A stretch of 43,852 nucleotides of DNA. It comes from an archaeon. Lineage in GTDB: Archaea; Aenigmatarchaeota; Aenigmatarchaeia; CG10238-14; SCSR01. The notes below the pieces were generated by a model. The model was not told where the DNA came from, searched no databases, and saw only the letters and a program-made list of their open reading frames with translations. The DNA lies in assembly GCA_035288545.1 (NCBI GenBank), contig DATEAB010000011.1, positions 1 to 43,852 of the forward strand, read 5' to 3'. Both the position numbers and the translations under genes were made by a program. Positions 9,079 through 19,101 of the stretch are shown here, one piece after another. The stretch's first letter is position 1. The number at the start of each line of letters is the position of its first letter.

Positions 9079-10352
9079 TCTACAGCCTCGCTGCCAATAA
9101 CTTTAAATTCTGGCAGCGGAACTATAAATTTTCCGCCCGACATCAGGTATTCCCTCTCGCGCTTCAGAAATTCCTGCAGGAAATGCCACGGGAGGACTAG
9201 GAAATAATCAGGCCTTTCTTTTCTTGCCTGCTCCTCGGAAATAATCGGTATGAGCGTCCCGATAGTTTTCTTCCCCCATTTATCAGGATTTCTTTCTGCA
9301 GCCGCGATTATCAGTCTGTTGTCAATTTGAAAATATTGCAGAAGGGTGTTGCCTCGAGTTGACGCGCCGTAAATGTAAATTCTCTTTCCCTTTTGCACTT
9401 CCTGCTTTATGAAACCTGTCAACTGGTCTCGTATCGAATTGATTCTTGCCGCAAAATTCTGATAAACTTTTATATCCTCAAGTCCAATCCTTTTCTCTTC
9501 TTCAAGCATCTTTCTTACCCTTTCATCTGCCCCATCGAATCCCTTCACTACCGATCCTTTGTGCCTTATGTAAGTTCGGAAGCTCCCACCGTTCAGTTCG
9601 TTCGTCTCAACATCAAAAACTTCCAAGTTATGCCTCGCAAGCAATTTTGATATTGAAAGCAGAGAGTAGTATTCAAGATGCTCATGGACAATGTTATCAA
9701 ACGCATTCAGTTGCAGCATCCCGAGCAGATAGTTTTGCTGAATGATGAAAACGCCGTCCTTATCAAGGCATTTCACGATGTCTGCGACAAATTTGTTCGG
9801 ATTGTCCAAATCGTAGAACATTGCAATCGCAGTTATTATTTTCGCCTTAGAACTGCCGAACTCCCTGGCGAAAGAATCGTAGTTGAAGAAATCGTTGACT
9901 ATTTTCGAAGTGCCAACTTGGGCCTCGGGCACGAGATTTCTTGCCGGCTCAAATCCAACTGTCGTAATTTCATTTGTTCTGTACGATCTCAAAAGTGTTC
10001 CGTCATTCGCGCCTATGTCGACGACAACGTCTCCGGGCGAGAGTTTGATTATTTTTTCGGCCTTGCCAGTTATGTCGGCAAGCGCTTCGCGCATCGTCTG
10101 GTTTATTCCAGACTTGTACCAATACTGCATGTACATCAGTTCGGGTGGCGTTGTGTGTCTCAGCTGCAAAAGTCCGCATCCGCCGTTCCTCGCATCGCAC
10201 AAGAGCAGGTCGAGAGGTATTTTCTGGCTTGATTCAGATTGTGAGGGCGAGTCGACGAAGTTAGATACGTACTGCTCGCCGAGAGAAATGATCAATTCCA
10301 GATTTTTCGAACCGCAAACTCTGCAAGAATTTATCGCATTCGCCTCAATCAT
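9075..10352 (-). CDS. NDP-hexose C-methyltransferase-like enzyme (Zn-ribbon + SAM MTase + C-methyltransferase C-terminal domain)
   Basis: N-terminal CRVCGS...LLLCDARNGGCGLLQL (Cys cluster), SAM motif I VVDIGANDGTLL, and a long C-terminal Rossmann-like domain (IYIYGASTRGNTLL), as in TylCIII-type enzymes. Confidence 0.8.
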   Translation of the reverse strand: MIEANAINSCRVCGSKNLELIISLGEQYVSNFVDSPSQSESSQKIPLDLLLCDARNGGCGLLQLRHTTPPELMYMQYWYKSGINQTMREALADITGKAEKIIKLSPGDVVVDIGANDGTLLRSYRTNEITTVGFEPARNLVPEAQVGTSKIVNDFFNYDSFAREFGSSKAKIITAIAMFYDLDNPNKFVADIVKCLDKDGVFIIQQNYLLGMLQLNAFDNIVHEHLEYYSLLSISKLLARHNLEVFDVETNELNGGSFRTYIRHKGSVVKGFDGADERVRKMLEEEKRIGLEDIKVYQNFAARINSIRDQLTGFIKQEVQKGKRIYIYGASTRGNTLLQYFQIDNRLIIAAAERNPDKWGKKTIGTLIPIISEEQARKERPDYFLVLPWHFLQEFLKREREYLMSGGKFIVPLPEFKVIGSEAVE

Positions 10353-10503
10353 TTGAAATCCTCTTCTTCCCGTAAAAATTTAAAGCTTTTTTAGAAGTTA
10401 AATAAATGTAAACCATTGCGTATTTAAGTCTATCGTCTTATTTATTCTATAGTCGATTAAAAGTCAGTCAAAAAAATATAAAACTGTCAGAAAAGTGATA
10501 CTT
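10353..10503. promoter_or_regulatory. Divergent promoter region (C-methyltransferase operon / SDR gene)
   Basis: AT-rich spacer with TATA-like boxes (aaatttaaag near 10376; aaaaatataaaa near 10472, about 25-30 nt upstream of the SDR start). Confidence 0.4.
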
Positions 10504-11610
10504 ATGGGTCAACCTAGTCCGAGTTTTTGGAATGGAAAGAATGTTTTGATAACAGGAATAACAGGTTTTGTCGGTTCCTGGCTAGCAGAAACCCTCACAA
10601 CTCCTCCATTCAATGCGAACGTGTTCGGTTTGATCAGGCGCCAGTCAAATCCGGAATATGATAACATCGAGCACTTGCTGAATGAGGAAAGAATCAAGCT
10701 GATTAGAGGCGATATTCACGACGTCGGCTCGCTTGTAAATGCGTTGCGAGAGTCGAAGGCAGATGTTGTTTTTCACCTTGCAGCCCAGTCGTTCGTTCCT
10801 CACGCATTCGCCTCGCCTCACGACACATACCTGACAAATGTCGTCGGAACAATCAACATGCTTGAGGCGATCAAAATTGTTGACAAGTCAATCAGCATGC
10901 ATTTCGCAGGGAGCAGCGAGGAATACGGACTGGTTATAGCGAACGATGAACATTTCAGAAAATCGCTAGAAAGATACAAGATAATTCACCCCTTCCCGCA
11001 TTTCGACGACAACGGAAAAGCGATTCCAGAAATTCCAATCAAGGAAACGAATCCGCTGCGAACAGTTGGGACTTCTCCCTACGGGTCGTCAAAAAGAATT
11101 GCAGAAGATGCATGTCGGACATATGTTTCCTGTTACGACCTGAACGTTTTTATCACGCGAGCCTTCAACCACACAGGACCTAGGAGAGGAAAGGAATTCG
11201 TTACGAATGAAATAACTCGACAAGTTGCTGAAGGTATAAAGAAGGGACGAAAGGAATTACTCCTCGGCAATCTAGAATCTATGAGAGATTTCAGCGACGT
11301 GCGCGACATCGTCCCAGGCTACTTACTTGCTGTTGAAAAAGGAGAACCCGGAAAGCCTTACAACCTCGGCTCGGGGAAGGGAAGAAGCATAGAGGACGTC
11401 GTCCATCTTGCTGTTCAGATTGCAAAAGACGAATTCGGACTTAAGCACGACTTGCCGATTAAGCAAGACAAGACTAGACTCAGGCCGACAGACCTGCCGC
11501 TTTTGGTATGCGACAGTTCACGCGCTAGAGAAGAACTCGGATGGGCGCCGAAAATTAACTTCGAACAGACGATTCGCGATATGATTGAATGGCAATTGCA
11601 AAAATTGTAG
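10504..11610 (+). CDS. GDP-mannose 4,6-dehydratase/reductase-like extended SDR
   Basis: Motifs VLITGITGFVGSWL, HLAAQSFV and YGSSKRIAE (YxxxK). I prefer ATG 10504, which has GTGAT just upstream. The tracked alternative is GTG 10495. Confidence 0.85.
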   Translation: MGQPSPSFWNGKNVLITGITGFVGSWLAETLTTPPFNANVFGLIRRQSNPEYDNIEHLLNEERIKLIRGDIHDVGSLVNALRESKADVVFHLAAQSFVPHAFASPHDTYLTNVVGTINMLEAIKIVDKSISMHFAGSSEEYGLVIANDEHFRKSLERYKIIHPFPHFDDNGKAIPEIPIKETNPLRTVGTSPYGSSKRIAEDACRTYVSCYDLNVFITRAFNHTGPRRGKEFVTNEITRQVAEGIKKGRKELLLGNLESMRDFSDVRDIVPGYLLAVEKGEPGKPYNLGSGKGRSIEDVVHLAVQIAKDEFGLKHDLPIKQDKTRLRPTDLPLLVCDSSRAREELGWAPKINFEQTIRDMIEWQLQKL

Positions 11611-11623
11611 CATGAAGAGAGCA

Positions 11624-12733
11624 TCATAAAAGCTGCTTGTAAGTTTTGTCAAGAATTTTAACCATGTTCGACCAATCATACTTCTTTGCAAATTTTCTCG
11701 CATTGCTTCCGACCTTGACACGCATTTTCTTATTAGAAAGAAGCCTTCCAATCGCCTGCGCGGCCTTTTCTGTATTGTCATAATCTACAAGGAAACCATT
11801 TCGACCATTGACGATCAGCTCTTGCATCGTTTGTATCCGACTCGCCACCACCGGAAGTCCGCTTGCCATTGCAACAATCACGCTTATGCCAAAACCCTCG
11901 TATTCCGAAGGAAGGAGGAAGACATCCGATTTGGATAAGTAATTCAACAGCTGCTTTTCGGAGGCATATCCGACAAACTTAACATTTTTATTCAAGCCAA
12001 GCTTGCCTGCAGCCCCCATCAAATTTCTTTTCTCCCCCCAATCCTCTCCGATTATCAAAAGCTTCACGTCAGGAATCTTTTCTTTGACTCTTGCCAAAAC
12101 TTTCAGTGCTCTGTCAATCCTTTTTGTTCTTGACAGCCTTCCCAAGTAAACTAACGTCCGACCGTTGCCGCGATTTTTGGTGTTGCCGAAGCGACCCCAA
12201 TATATCCCATTTCCTATTGTTGTGATTTTCTTCCTGTCTGCAATCTTTTTCATGAATTCGCTGTCCTGTTTGCTGCTTGCCAAGATTTTGTCAACAAAAG
12301 TCATGGATAGTCGTGTGAATGTATTGAAGTAGAATTTTTTGAAAATGCGGAATGATTTTGTGTGGAATATGCCGCCATGAGTGCTGAGAACTATCGGCTG
12401 GCCGGTTGCAATTTTGATTACTGGTATAGAATCTGTGAAGAACCCTATGCCGTGCACGTGCAAGATGTCGAAGTCAGAGCTTAGCAGGAACTTCAAGGCG
12501 GCAACCGACGTGTTGTATCTGGAAAATTTCTTGAACGGAAATCTTCTGATTTTAATTCCGTCAACAGTTTCTTTTGGCGCTAATTTTTTTCCAGTTTGTG
12601 TTTTGTTTCCTGTAACAACAGTCACGTCATACCCAATCTTTGCAAGCTCCTTCGAGCTTTCTAGCACAAAACTCTCTATCCCCCCTTTGATAGGGTAAAA
12701 GTTCGGGCAAACATGAAACAGTTTTGTTTTCAT
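11624..12733 (-). CDS. GT4-family glycosyltransferase
   Basis: N-terminus PIKGGIESFV. C-terminal LLPSEYEGFGISVIVAMASGLPVVAS. Confidence 0.88.
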   Translation of the reverse strand: MKTKLFHVCPNFYPIKGGIESFVLESSKELAKIGYDVTVVTGNKTQTGKKLAPKETVDGIKIRRFPFKKFSRYNTSVAALKFLLSSDFDILHVHGIGFFTDSIPVIKIATGQPIVLSTHGGIFHTKSFRIFKKFYFNTFTRLSMTFVDKILASSKQDSEFMKKIADRKKITTIGNGIYWGRFGNTKNRGNGRTLVYLGRLSRTKRIDRALKVLARVKEKIPDVKLLIIGEDWGEKRNLMGAAGKLGLNKNVKFVGYASEKQLLNYLSKSDVFLLPSEYEGFGISVIVAMASGLPVVASRIQTMQELIVNGRNGFLVDYDNTEKAAQAIGRLLSNKKMRVKVGSNARKFAKKYDWSNMVKILDKTYKQLL

Positions 12734-12742
12734 ATCATCACT

Positions 12743-13870
12743 CTACTTTTTCAAAACTTTCTCGTAAACTTTCTCCGTAATTTCGGCGCAACTGTCCAAG
12801 TCAAATTTTTTGGCAAATTTCATTCCATCCTCGCCCAACCTTCTGTATAAACTTTCATTTTTTATAAGATTCATCAGGGAGTTTGAAATCGCTTCTGAGT
12901 CCTTTGTCGGCACCACTATCGCCGTATCTTTTCTGACTGTTCCGAGCCTTTCGAAAATATCTGTGGCAATTACTGGCCGCCCTCTTGCCATGCATTCAAC
13001 AATTGGCAGGCCGAATCCCTCGCCATATATCGACGGGAATACGCAGACGTCCGCCTTATCAATCCACTCTATTTTTACCCTTTCTTCCACAAACCCCGCG
13101 AATCTCACATCCTTTTCAATCCCTAGCTCGGCGGCGAGTTCCCTTATTTTCTTATTGTAATTCCGATCGAGTGGAGGCCCGACCACAACGAGTTTTGCGT
13201 TCACTCCACTGCCATGCAACTCTCTCACAGCATGCATAAGATAATCTATCCCTTTCTTTGGCGAATACATGCCTAGGAACAAAATCAGCGGTTCTTTGCC
13301 GCAGCTGCTTTTAGTTCTTGCTCCTTTGAACAAAGAAGGCTCTATGCCGAGTGGCGAGATGAAAAACTTCCTTTCAACTCCGAAATATTTTTCTATGTCA
13401 TGCTGAACTTTTTTATTCGGGACAATTATGGCGTCAGCCACGTTGCAAACAATATTTTGTAAGAAACTTTTTACATTTTTCACTATCGGAGAGATGCCAA
13501 CGCCACTTTCGGCAACTCCTATGTCAAATATTGTGACGACCAAAGGCTTGCCGCTTACGAGTTTGGGAAGTATTGCTGCCAGACCGCTTGGATATGTGAC
13601 TGCATGGATGATGTCGAAGTCTAGAAACAGGGAATTTTTCAAGGTGCTGAAAAAGAAATTTAAAAATTCTGAGAACTTGCCAGCATTCTTCAGCTGGCGA
13701 ACCTCATAAATCCTTTCGTCCTTTTTCCTGTCCTTGTGGTAGTAAGTTATGAGGCTGATATGATGCTTCTTGCTGAGCCTTTTGTGAATTTCAGAAATGT
13801 AATTTTCAGCCCCACCTTTGTATGGATGGAAACCCCGAGTTATGTAAAGCAGCCTGATTTTTGTCACCAC
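12743..13870 (-). CDS. GT4-family glycosyltransferase
   Basis: N-terminus HPYKGGAENY. C-terminal VFPSIYGEGFGLPIVECMARGRPVIAT. It sits in tandem with the previous GT4. Confidence 0.88.
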   Translation of the reverse strand: MVTKIRLLYITRGFHPYKGGAENYISEIHKRLSKKHHISLITYYHKDRKKDERIYEVRQLKNAGKFSEFLNFFFSTLKNSLFLDFDIIHAVTYPSGLAAILPKLVSGKPLVVTIFDIGVAESGVGISPIVKNVKSFLQNIVCNVADAIIVPNKKVQHDIEKYFGVERKFFISPLGIEPSLFKGARTKSSCGKEPLILFLGMYSPKKGIDYLMHAVRELHGSGVNAKLVVVGPPLDRNYNKKIRELAAELGIEKDVRFAGFVEERVKIEWIDKADVCVFPSIYGEGFGLPIVECMARGRPVIATDIFERLGTVRKDTAIVVPTKDSEAISNSLMNLIKNESLYRRLGEDGMKFAKKFDLDSCAEITEKVYEKVLKK

Positions 13871-13908
13871 TTTATATTACTTTCTAAATTATTATTTAAC
13901 AGATAACT

Positions 13909-14376
13909 ATGAAAGCTAGGAAAAGGCAGTTAAAGGTTTGCATTGCATGCAGCGCGGGAGGTCACCTGATGGAGGCCTTGGAGTTTCTTCCTGCTTTCAG
14001 AAGTCACAAGGTTTTCTTCGTAACTTTTGCGCGTGAACAAGTCAAAGACGTGCTAAAAGGAAAAAAAGTTTATTATGTCATCGACCCGAAGAGGAATCCT
14101 CAGAAACTGCTGAAGAATTTCAACCAAGCACAGAAAATTCTGCGCAGAGAAAAGCCAGATGTTGTCTTGTCTACAGGAGCAGCCGCGGCAGTCCCTCTTT
14201 GCTATGCGGCCAAAATCATCGGAGCTAAATTAATTTTTGTTGAAACGCTGGCTGCAGTCAGCAAGCCATCGCTCTCTGGCCGATTTGTATATCCCCTTGC
14301 AGATTTGTTTGTCGTGCAATGGAAAAAGTTGCTTGGCCATTACAAGAGGGCAATTTACGGAGGACCGCTTATATGA
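13909..14376 (+). CDS. Alg14-like membrane-anchoring subunit of a split UDP-GlcNAc (hexose) transferase
   Basis: CIACSAGGHLMEALEF signature of the Alg14/PssD/Cps14F family. Its stop overlaps the start of the Alg13-like gene (ATGA at 14373-14376). Confidence 0.8.
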   Translation: MKARKRQLKVCIACSAGGHLMEALEFLPAFRSHKVFFVTFAREQVKDVLKGKKVYYVIDPKRNPQKLLKNFNQAQKILRREKPDVVLSTGAAAAVPLCYAAKIIGAKLIFVETLAAVSKPSLSGRFVYPLADLFVVQWKKLLGHYKRAIYGGPLI

Positions 14377-14870
14377 TTTTTGCAACAGTTGGCACGCACA
14401 ACCAACAGTTCGACAGGCTTTTGAAGGAGCTAGACCGTCTTGTCGAAAGAAAAATAATTAAGGACAAAATCGTTGCCCAGATTGGCAATTCAACCTACAA
14501 ACCAAAGAATTATGATTATTTTGCTTTTACCTCATGGCAGAGAATTCTGCGGTTGAATAAGACTGCCGATGTGGTCGTGTCTCACGGCGGTGCCGGCAAC
14601 TTGCTCCTGGCTGCGCACTTCGGCAAGCCGATAGTTGTCGTTCCGAGGATGAAAAAGCTCGGTGAGCACGTCGACGATCATCAGCTCCAGCTTGTGCGCC
14701 AGCTTGAAAGGGAAAAGCGAGTGGTAGGAGTTTACGATATCGGCGATTTGGGAAATGCCATCAAGAAGGCAAAAATACTTACAATGAGAAAAAGAAAGGA
14801 AAGAAGGGAGAAAAAAATAGTCGCAATTGTAAGAGATTATATTGAGCAGATTGCTAAGGAAAAGGGTTAA
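14373..14870 (+). CDS. Alg13-like catalytic subunit (Glyco_tran_28_C)
   Basis: MIFATVGTHNQQFDRLL and VVSHGGAGNLL motifs of Alg13/PssE/Cps14G. I place the start at Met19 of the tracked ORF, where it couples translationally with the Alg14-like gene. Confidence 0.8.
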   Translation: MIFATVGTHNQQFDRLLKELDRLVERKIIKDKIVAQIGNSTYKPKNYDYFAFTSWQRILRLNKTADVVVSHGGAGNLLLAAHFGKPIVVVPRMKKLGEHVDDHQLQLVRQLEREKRVVGVYDIGDLGNAIKKAKILTMRKRKERREKKIVAIVRDYIEQIAKEKG

Positions 14871-14872
14871 TC

Positions 14873-16384
14873 TTGGGACTAGGTAAAAAACTTATTTCAA
14901 ACACAACGTTTCTTCTCACAGATTGGATATTCGTATCAATATTTTCATTTCTATTTTGGCTCGTCATAGGAAAACTTTTATCGAAGGCCGACTATGGAAC
15001 CATCGCAACAGTTGTCAATGCCGGACTGATACTCGCATCTCTCAGCTCACTGGGTTTCGGTCCCGTCATAACGAAACTCATCCCAGAATATATGCAAAGA
15101 AGAAAGCAAAACCTTGCCAACGCGCTGATTAAGTTTTCTTTCAGGATTCTTATTGTTACGAACATTCTAATTATTATCACTACCGTTTTATTTTCGCAGC
15201 AAATTTCCTCCATACTGAAGATTCCCCAACTTCATGTAATTATGATCGGCGTTATCACTTTTGCTGTTGCTCTTTCGAATTTCGGCGGATCCATATTGCA
15301 AGGAATGCAACGAATGAAACAAGTTGCGACAACGGACTTCCTTGGTCATATAATCAAATCAGTAGGAACGGCAGCTCTCCTATTTCTCTACCTGAACAAC
15401 TTTATTCCTCTCATCACCTTCGCCATAACTTTTTTCGCGATATTTTTCCTCCGATTCCGTCCGCGCTGGCTTACTGGAAAAACAGATGGACTGAATTATA
15501 GAGAAATCGTCTCGAAGTACGTGTTGCTATCGTTCGTAGGTTCAATTGGCTGGATGATTTTCACGAATGCCCAGTACGTGATCCTCACGGCAATTCAAGA
15601 CCCGGCAACGACTGGAGTTTTCTCAGTCGCGGCAATCATCACAACAGTCATCGCTGTCATACCTGTCAACATGACATCCGCGCTGTTTCCAATCCTTTCG
15701 CAGCTTTCTGTCAGCTCGACGTTCGAGAAGCAGCAGAAATATTTCCTCTCCGTCGTCCTTCGTTACGCCCTACTTGTCGCAATACCTATCGCGGCAGTTT
15801 TCATATTTTTCCCTACAAAGATTATCATCTTGTTCTCGCGAGCCGAGTTCCTAGATGCAAAATCATTGTTTAGCATACTATCAATTGCAGCGATCTTTAA
15901 CGGAATCGGATCGTTCTTCCTCTCTAGCTTGTATGCGCTGAAGAAAGTGCGTGAAAACACAATGATAATTGTTGGAACAGCTGCAATCTTTCTCGCCCTA
16001 GCTTTGATTATGACCTACATGTTCTCCGCTATGGGATTGGCAGTTGCTTATACAATCGCAATGTTTTTCCTGTTTTCTGCCAGCTTCTACCAGCTAAGAA
16101 AACTCGTTCACATACGTCTGCCGATATTGAATATCGCAAAAATTGTAATCGCAACCGTCGCATTCATTCTTTTGGCATCTTTCCTTCTGTCGATATCCAC
16201 GAATTTCATAATCCAAAGCGCAATGCTCGCGGTCAGTTTCATCGTTTACCCGTTCGTTCTGTTGCCGCTGAAGTTCTATAATGATGACGACCTGAAGGTT
16301 ATGAGATTTTTGAAGGAACGCTTGCCTGGAAAGATGGGAAGACTTCTCAACACTGCAGAACAGCTGATTATGAAATTCAGATAA
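14873..16384 (+). CDS. Wzx/MOP-superfamily oligosaccharide flippase (polysaccharide biosynthesis protein)
   Basis: 503 aa, with hydrophobic segments throughout that suggest 12 or more TM helices. TTG start 2 nt after the Alg13-like stop. The topology and glycan-cluster context are typical of Wzx. Confidence 0.75.
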   Translation: MGLGKKLISNTTFLLTDWIFVSIFSFLFWLVIGKLLSKADYGTIATVVNAGLILASLSSLGFGPVITKLIPEYMQRRKQNLANALIKFSFRILIVTNILIIITTVLFSQQISSILKIPQLHVIMIGVITFAVALSNFGGSILQGMQRMKQVATTDFLGHIIKSVGTAALLFLYLNNFIPLITFAITFFAIFFLRFRPRWLTGKTDGLNYREIVSKYVLLSFVGSIGWMIFTNAQYVILTAIQDPATTGVFSVAAIITTVIAVIPVNMTSALFPILSQLSVSSTFEKQQKYFLSVVLRYALLVAIPIAAVFIFFPTKIIILFSRAEFLDAKSLFSILSIAAIFNGIGSFFLSSLYALKKVRENTMIIVGTAAIFLALALIMTYMFSAMGLAVAYTIAMFFLFSASFYQLRKLVHIRLPILNIAKIVIATVAFILLASFLLSISTNFIIQSAMLAVSFIVYPFVLLPLKFYNDDDLKVMRFLKERLPGKMGRLLNTAEQLIMKFR

Positions 16385-17435
16385 TATTGAGAAATGGAAT
16401 TACAGCAAACGCTGCTTGAATTAAAATCATTATGAGGACGACCTGCCTTTCTGTGAACTTCCCGAGGTTCATCACGACGTGCGTGAGCGAGTATATTTTT
16501 CTTCCGTACGGCGGGTCGAGCTTGCCGTCAGGCCGCAACTTTCCGAGAGAGGTCGCCTTGAATCCAGAGCGTGCCTTCAGAATTCCTTCGATGATGAACG
16601 GCACCATTACAATTATTCCGACCTTTTCCATGTTGCCAGTTATCACTCCTGCCGCGACGATTGCTCCCAAAAGATACGTCAAACTATCGCCCGGGAGCAT
16701 TTTTGCCGGGTAGATGTTGAACTTCCACGCGCCGAGCAGTGCCGCGAATGTTATGAGGAAAATCACTGCTGCGAAATTGTTGATTTGCAAGGCGAACAGG
16801 CCGAGCGAGAGAGTGTAGACAAGACCCATTCCGATTTCCATGCCGTTGAAACCGCCGATCATGTTGACCATGTTGGCAGCGCCGATTACGCCGATCGGCA
16901 CAAGAAGAAGAGGATACAAAATTCCGAAATTGAAACTTCCGAGGAAAGGGATCGTCAGAGTCGAGACTCCTGCATTGACTGCCATTAGAGGGATTGCTGC
17001 TGGGAGAGTGAGGAGCGGCTTGAGCCATTGAGGAAGTCCCACGCGAGTGTCCCTCTCACCATTTTTTATGTTAAGAACCTTCCTTCTGCTGACGTTGAGG
17101 TCGTCAAAGATTCCTACAAACGCAATTATCATGACGCTTGAAATTAGTGCAAGCATGTCTGTGAGATTTTCTGTAACAAGGCTGTTGACGACAAATGTTT
17201 TGAATGCTATGTAGAGGAACAAACCACCGAGTATCCCGACTGTAACTGGAATCCCGATGCTCGTCGGCAGGACGGGCGATTTCTTTTTGTGCAGATCAAG
17301 CCCCACGAGGCGTATTGCTTTGAAGAAACGAATGAACCATGGAGTTATGAATACAGTTACGATAAGCGCTGTAGCGATCGATGCAAACAGAGTGAAGTCT
17401 GATATGATTGTCGTTGCGACTGTAGTGGCTGCCAT
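16377..17435 (-). CDS. aglH: UDP-GlcNAc:dolichyl-phosphate GlcNAc-1-phosphate transferase (Alg7/AglH, MraY-WecA superfamily)
   Basis: Polytopic membrane protein with the motifs VGLDLHKK, FDDLN and NMVNMIGGFNGME, characteristic of this family. Its 3' end overlaps the flippase by 8 nt (convergent). Confidence 0.85.
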   Translation of the reverse strand: MAATTVATTIISDFTLFASIATALIVTVFITPWFIRFFKAIRLVGLDLHKKKSPVLPTSIGIPVTVGILGGLFLYIAFKTFVVNSLVTENLTDMLALISSVMIIAFVGIFDDLNVSRRKVLNIKNGERDTRVGLPQWLKPLLTLPAAIPLMAVNAGVSTLTIPFLGSFNFGILYPLLLVPIGVIGAANMVNMIGGFNGMEIGMGLVYTLSLGLFALQINNFAAVIFLITFAALLGAWKFNIYPAKMLPGDSLTYLLGAIVAAGVITGNMEKVGIIVMVPFIIEGILKARSGFKATSLGKLRPDGKLDPPYGRKIYSLTHVVMNLGKFTERQVVLIMILIQAAFAVIPFLNII

Positions 17436-17444
17436 AATTAACCA

Positions 17445-19058
17445 TCAGTAAATTATTTCATAAATAGCTGTTCCGTCGCAGCCTCCTTGCTGGCCGCAGG
17501 TAATATAATCAGGGCCGTTTTCAAAGATAGGCTTGAAAGTTTCGGGACTGACCATCAATGCGTCGATGAAACCAGTCCAATAACCTCCACTGATTTTCTG
17601 CTGAGTGATGCTAAACTTCTGGACAAAGATGTGGGTGAAGCCGTTTGCGTTGAGGCGGACTTTCATCAGTTCGACATTCTGGCTGAGCAAAATATCCGAG
17701 CCGTCAGCCAGATCCCACTGCGCCTGCCGTTCGCAATTGTAAACAGTCGGAGCGGTGTTGAACGAAAGCAAAACCGCGTCTTGTGGCAAGTTCTGCTTTG
17801 CCCAATTGCATGCTTCTAGAAATGCCGGAGAGAACTGCTTGACCCCGGCGAGCGTTTCAAGCCGGTTGCGGAGGTTGAAGAACGAAAGTATCACGACGAA
17901 AAATATCATGATCCAGACAGCTTCTCTGTGATATCTTTTCAGAAACTCGGCAATTTCATTTGCGTACAATCCTGCGAACAGCGCGACTATTGGCGTGGAA
18001 GAAACCAAATTTCTCATCAGGTCCTCCACCCTTCCGCTGACTGACTGGTAGAATATCAGCAAAAATACGAGGAGTGCGACGAACAGCAGAATGTCATTCG
18101 TCTCTCTTTTGTATGCTGACAGGACAAGTCCAGCTATTGCGAACAGTGGAACAAGGAACAGGTAGCCATATGCAAAATTGAAGTAACTAATAATTCCGAA
18201 CCTGAAAAATTCATACTCCGCAGTTCTCCCGCTCAGCACGCCTTCGAATGTGAACTGAGGTTTGTAGTCGGGCTGGAGCATGCAGTTGCTCGTGCTGAAG
18301 ATGTTGGGAAACTGGCATGTCGGAGTTTTGTAGTAGACGATGTTTCTGAAGAAGTACGGCGAAAGTATGACAGCAAAGATAATTATCGCAGGCAGCCAGA
18401 ATTTTATCACACCGATTATGTTTCTCTTCTGAAACATCTGGTAGAGAAACGCGAGCCCGAAGAAAGGAATCGTGATGAAGCCAGAAGCGTCTGTAAGTAC
18501 GGACAACGCTGCGAAAATCCCTGCAAGGAAAATATATTTTCTTCTTTGACGCTTGAAGGCGAGGGATGTGACGAGAAAGGTGAGCGAGATGAAAAGGACA
18601 AGAAGAGCTTCTGGATAGAGAAGTACGGAATAAGTTATGAAAGACGGGACGGACATTGTCATCACTGACGTGGCAATGGCGGTGTTCTGTGAGTATAGAC
18701 GACTAACAAGAACGTAAATCGCCAAGCTGGTAAGAACTGCGATGAACGGGACTAGAAACTTTACAATCGTTTCGCTGAAGCCTAGCAAAAAGTAAAAGCT
18801 TCCTTGAAGAATGTTCCATTCAGGCGAACGGAAGAACCCGCTCTTGAAAATATTCGTGCCGACTTGGGGCATGTACACCGGATAGTCCTGGTGGGCGGCA
18901 ATCCAACGGGCAAGATGCGTGTGAAGTGCTTCATCACCGAACGCAATGGGCGAGTTGAAAGTCACGCTCATCTCAAGAAAAGCGGCAACTCCGAGAAAGA
19001 TAAGCAGGACGAAAAACTTTAGTTTTTTCATGTCAATGACAATTTCTGTTTCGACCAT
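17445..19058 (-). CDS. GT-C fold glycosyltransferase, PMT_2/ArnT (GT39/GT83)-like
   Basis: First extracytoplasmic loop carries FGDEALHTHLARW (acidic DE motif), followed by about 11 hydrophobic segments and a soluble C-terminal domain. An alternative start is Met11 (19028). Confidence 0.7.
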   Translation of the reverse strand: MVETEIVIDMKKLKFFVLLIFLGVAAFLEMSVTFNSPIAFGDEALHTHLARWIAAHQDYPVYMPQVGTNIFKSGFFRSPEWNILQGSFYFLLGFSETIVKFLVPFIAVLTSLAIYVLVSRLYSQNTAIATSVMTMSVPSFITYSVLLYPEALLVLFISLTFLVTSLAFKRQRRKYIFLAGIFAALSVLTDASGFITIPFFGLAFLYQMFQKRNIIGVIKFWLPAIIIFAVILSPYFFRNIVYYKTPTCQFPNIFSTSNCMLQPDYKPQFTFEGVLSGRTAEYEFFRFGIISYFNFAYGYLFLVPLFAIAGLVLSAYKRETNDILLFVALLVFLLIFYQSVSGRVEDLMRNLVSSTPIVALFAGLYANEIAEFLKRYHREAVWIMIFFVVILSFFNLRNRLETLAGVKQFSPAFLEACNWAKQNLPQDAVLLSFNTAPTVYNCERQAQWDLADGSDILLSQNVELMKVRLNANGFTHIFVQKFSITQQKISGGYWTGFIDALMVSPETFKPIFENGPDYITCGQQGGCDGTAIYEIIY

Positions 19059-19101
19059 ATTCTCAACTTAGCTTGTTTACTCAATTTTAATTTTATATGT
19101 A

